64,000 bases of DNA from Malacoraja senta (lineage: Eukaryota). Positions 61,455 to 64,000 of the stretch are shown one piece after another. Made by a program: the position numbers and the translations under genes. How positions within the stretch are numbered: position 1 is the stretch's first letter; each line of letters starts with the position of its first letter. Under the pieces are notes generated by a model. It had not been told where the DNA came from. It did not search any database and saw only the letters and a list, made by a program, of their open reading frames with translations. The stretch lies in assembly GCA_038087875.1 (NCBI GenBank), contig JAXLNO010000137.1:1-64000 (forward strand), written 5' to 3'.

Positions 61455-62604
61455 CATGCGACGGACCAGAATGTACAAGTCAGCAGACAACGGGGGTAAA
61501 AGCGTGCCCAACGTCGCCCTCACCCTGATGGCCACCTTTGTGTGTGGCTGCATCAGGCGGAGTGTAGAACCAAGGCACGTGGGCACCAAGTGTCACTACC
61601 TGCTGAGGTTCTACCTGTCCCCGGTGTTGCGAAGGATGGGCCTGGCGCAGATGCCACGCAATGTGCCAGTCAGCTGTACATTGCCGCCCCATCTGTCGTC
61701 TGTGGAAAGGTTCTTCCGGACCAACACCTTTGACCACATGTCCATCGGGCAGTGGTCAGCACGGAATGTCCTGCAGGCACTGCAGGGAAAGGACTCGATG
61801 GATCCGGTGGCGTGGTTCCCAGAGCAGACTGCCCAGCTTGTCTGGCAAAATGCCTCATCGCCAGAACTCACCAACAAGCACCAAGACCTGGCTTGGCTGG
61901 CGGTGAGGGGAGCCCTCCCAGTCAGATCCTTCCTGCACTGTCGGAACCTCACTGCCAGCGCACGCTGCCCTCGGGACGGCTGCTATGGAGAGGAGACGGT
62001 TGCCCACCTCTTTGCAGAGTGTGGATTTGCAAAAAGAGTCTGGAGAAGTATGCAAGGGTCCCTGGAACGCTTTATCCCGAACAGCTCCGTCACAGAGGAC
62101 TCTGTGATTTACGGACTGTCCCCCAGGGACACATTCAGAGACTGACATCGAATGCTGCTGGAAGGTCATCAACTCGGTGAAAGATGCTCTTTGGTCTGCC
62201 CGAGCGTTGTTCACCACCCAGCAGAGCGAGATGTCCGTCGGGGAATGTTGCCGACTGGCCCGCTGCAGACTGCAGGAGTACGTGCTGAGGGACGCACTGA
62301 AGCTTGGTGCAGCCAACGCCAAGGCTCGGTGGGGGAGGGCCACAGTCTAGGGTCCTTCCGCTGCTGGACATGGGGGGCACGGTATGGTGGAGACGCCCCT
62401 CAAAATAAGGGAAGGTATCCCACGCCAGGGGGCCGCATGAGTGGCACGGGTGGGGGACGGATCTGTGGAATTGGAAAAAAATGTATTAACTGCATTGGAC
62501 AATTTGTATGGTCTCCGAAAATGTGGGATGAATGTTTCGCACGGTTCACGTATTGTATATATTTATTACTTGAATAAAGTCCATTTTGAAATTAAAAAAA
62601 AAAA
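61455..62604 (+). mobile_element. 5'-truncated Tx1-clade LINE (zf-RVT C-terminus)
   Basis: CPRDGCYGEETVAHLFAEC zinc knuckle. A frameshift near 62120 continues as ..INSVKDALWSAR..EYVLRD..ARWGRATV* (stop at 62350). AATAAA at about 62573 and poly(A) at 62594-62604. Confidence 0.88.
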
Positions 62605-63019
62605 TTCATCACTGTGGTGGAAGGCAACATAGTTTGGTCAGTCCTCCTCCTTTGTTCACCCGTGGTCGGGGCCATAGACCCTCCGTAGTCGCCGCTACAG
62701 ACGGCCCGATGTACAGGCGGTGGAACACACCCCGCGGCTTGGAGGTCCCGAATCGGCACTTTCCTTCCGGAGTCCGCGACTTCACAATGCTATGGGCCTG
62801 AGCAAGTTGCCATGAAGCAGACTCGATAAGTCTCCTTCTCCTCTGAGCCACTCCACTAATGAACACAAAGCAAATCCTTCTGCCATCTCCAGATTCTGTC
62901 AGTATACCACTACATGCAGAACTGGAATGGGTGAATCAATTAGGTCAGGAATGAAAATGCTTAGCTGAGTTGACCAGCCTGCCTTTCAATCCACATGTAT
63001 CTTTGTGTAGTGTGCTGTT

Positions 63020-63470
63020 ATAGAGTCATAGAGTGATACAGCATGGAAACAGGCCCTTTGGCCCAACTTGCCCACGCCGGCCAACATGCCCCAGCTACAC
63101 TAGTCTCACCTGCCTGTGTTTGGCCCATATCCCTCTAAACCTGTCCTATCCATGTACCTGTCTAATTGTCTCCTAAACGTTGCAATGGTCCCAGCCTCAC
63201 CTACCTTGTTCCATACACCCAACACCCTTTGTGTAAAAACATGACTCCTCAGATTCCTATTAAATCTTTCCCGCTTCACCATAAACCTATGTCCTCTGGT
63301 CCTCGATTCCCCCAACTCTGGGCACGAGACTCTGTGCATCTACCCGACCTATTCCTCTCATGATTTTCTGCACCTCTATAAGATCACCCCTCCCCATCCT
63401 CCTGCACGCCAAGGAATAGAGTCCCAGCCTGATCAACCTCTCCCTGTAGCTCAGACTCTCTAGTCCTGGA
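63020..63470 (-). mobile_element. CR1/HER1-like 3' fragment
   Basis: TRGHRF..FTQRV.G.WN; tail (CTCTATGA)n. Confidence 0.88.
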
Positions 63471-63834
63471 CTTGACATTGTAGATGAGACAATGAGACAG
63501 GCAGCATCTCTGGAGAAAAGGAATAGGTGACATTTTGGGTCAAGACACTTCTTCAGACTGACAGTCAGGGGAAAGAGTAGCAATCTGAAGAGGTGGTTTC
63601 GACCCAAAACATCGACTATTCCTTTCCTCCACAGATGCTGCCTGACCCGCTGAGCGACTCCAGCATTTGTGTCTATCTTTGGTTTAAAACAGCATCTGCG
63701 GTTCCTCCCTGCACAAAGCTTTTCACTGTATCTCGTTACAGGTGAAAATAGTAAATTAAACTACAGCGACTTCAGAAACTATCAACACTTCCGCTAGTTC
63801 AAGAACCATTCCACCAGAGCAGTGGACCTTGCGT

Positions 63835-64000
63835 GGAGGAAGGAACTGCAGATGCTGGTCTACACTGAAGATAGACACAAAATGCTGGAGTAACTCGGCG
63901 GGACAGGCAGCATCTGTGGAGAGAAGGAATGGGTGATGTTTCGGGTCGAGACATCTGAAGAAGGGTCTCGACCCGAAACGTCACCCATTCCTTCTCTCCA
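63835..64000. mobile_element. Fold-back PLE-derived element with consensus hammerhead at 63955-63982
   Basis: The inverted arms meet at the ribozyme; cut off by the window end. Confidence 0.75.

Overview
This is a repeat-dense vertebrate window with no host gene I can recognise. The repeat content points to a cartilaginous fish, probably a skate or ray (inference): HE1-like V-SINEs, HER1/CR1 LINEs with (TTTCTATG)n or (CTATTGT)n tails, Rex1/Babar, L2 and Tx1 fragments, and Penelope-like (PLE) pieces. All convincing ORFs are transposon-derived. Main points: (1) Dozens of short PLE-derived termini carry a minimal hammerhead ribozyme motif (CTGAAGA-A-GGGT-CTCG-ACCC-GAAAC-GTC). They occur as monomers, as asymmetric fold-back insertions bounded by target-site duplications (TSDs), as 66-bp and 34-bp tandem arrays, and as a thrice-copied composite. 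(2) A near-full-length CR1 LINE has an esterase ORF1 and an APE-RT ORF2 with probable N-terminal lesions. (3) A non-autonomous Helitron has diagnostic ends, a duplicated 5' end, and an empty-site paralogue in the window. (4) Two copies of a palindromic Harbinger-like MITE share the same captured CR1 3' fragment. (5) A hAT/Charlie MITE has an 8-bp TSD. A 200-N assembly gap lies at 24313-24512. Boundaries of degraded repeats are approximate, and not every small SINE/CR1 fragment is listed.
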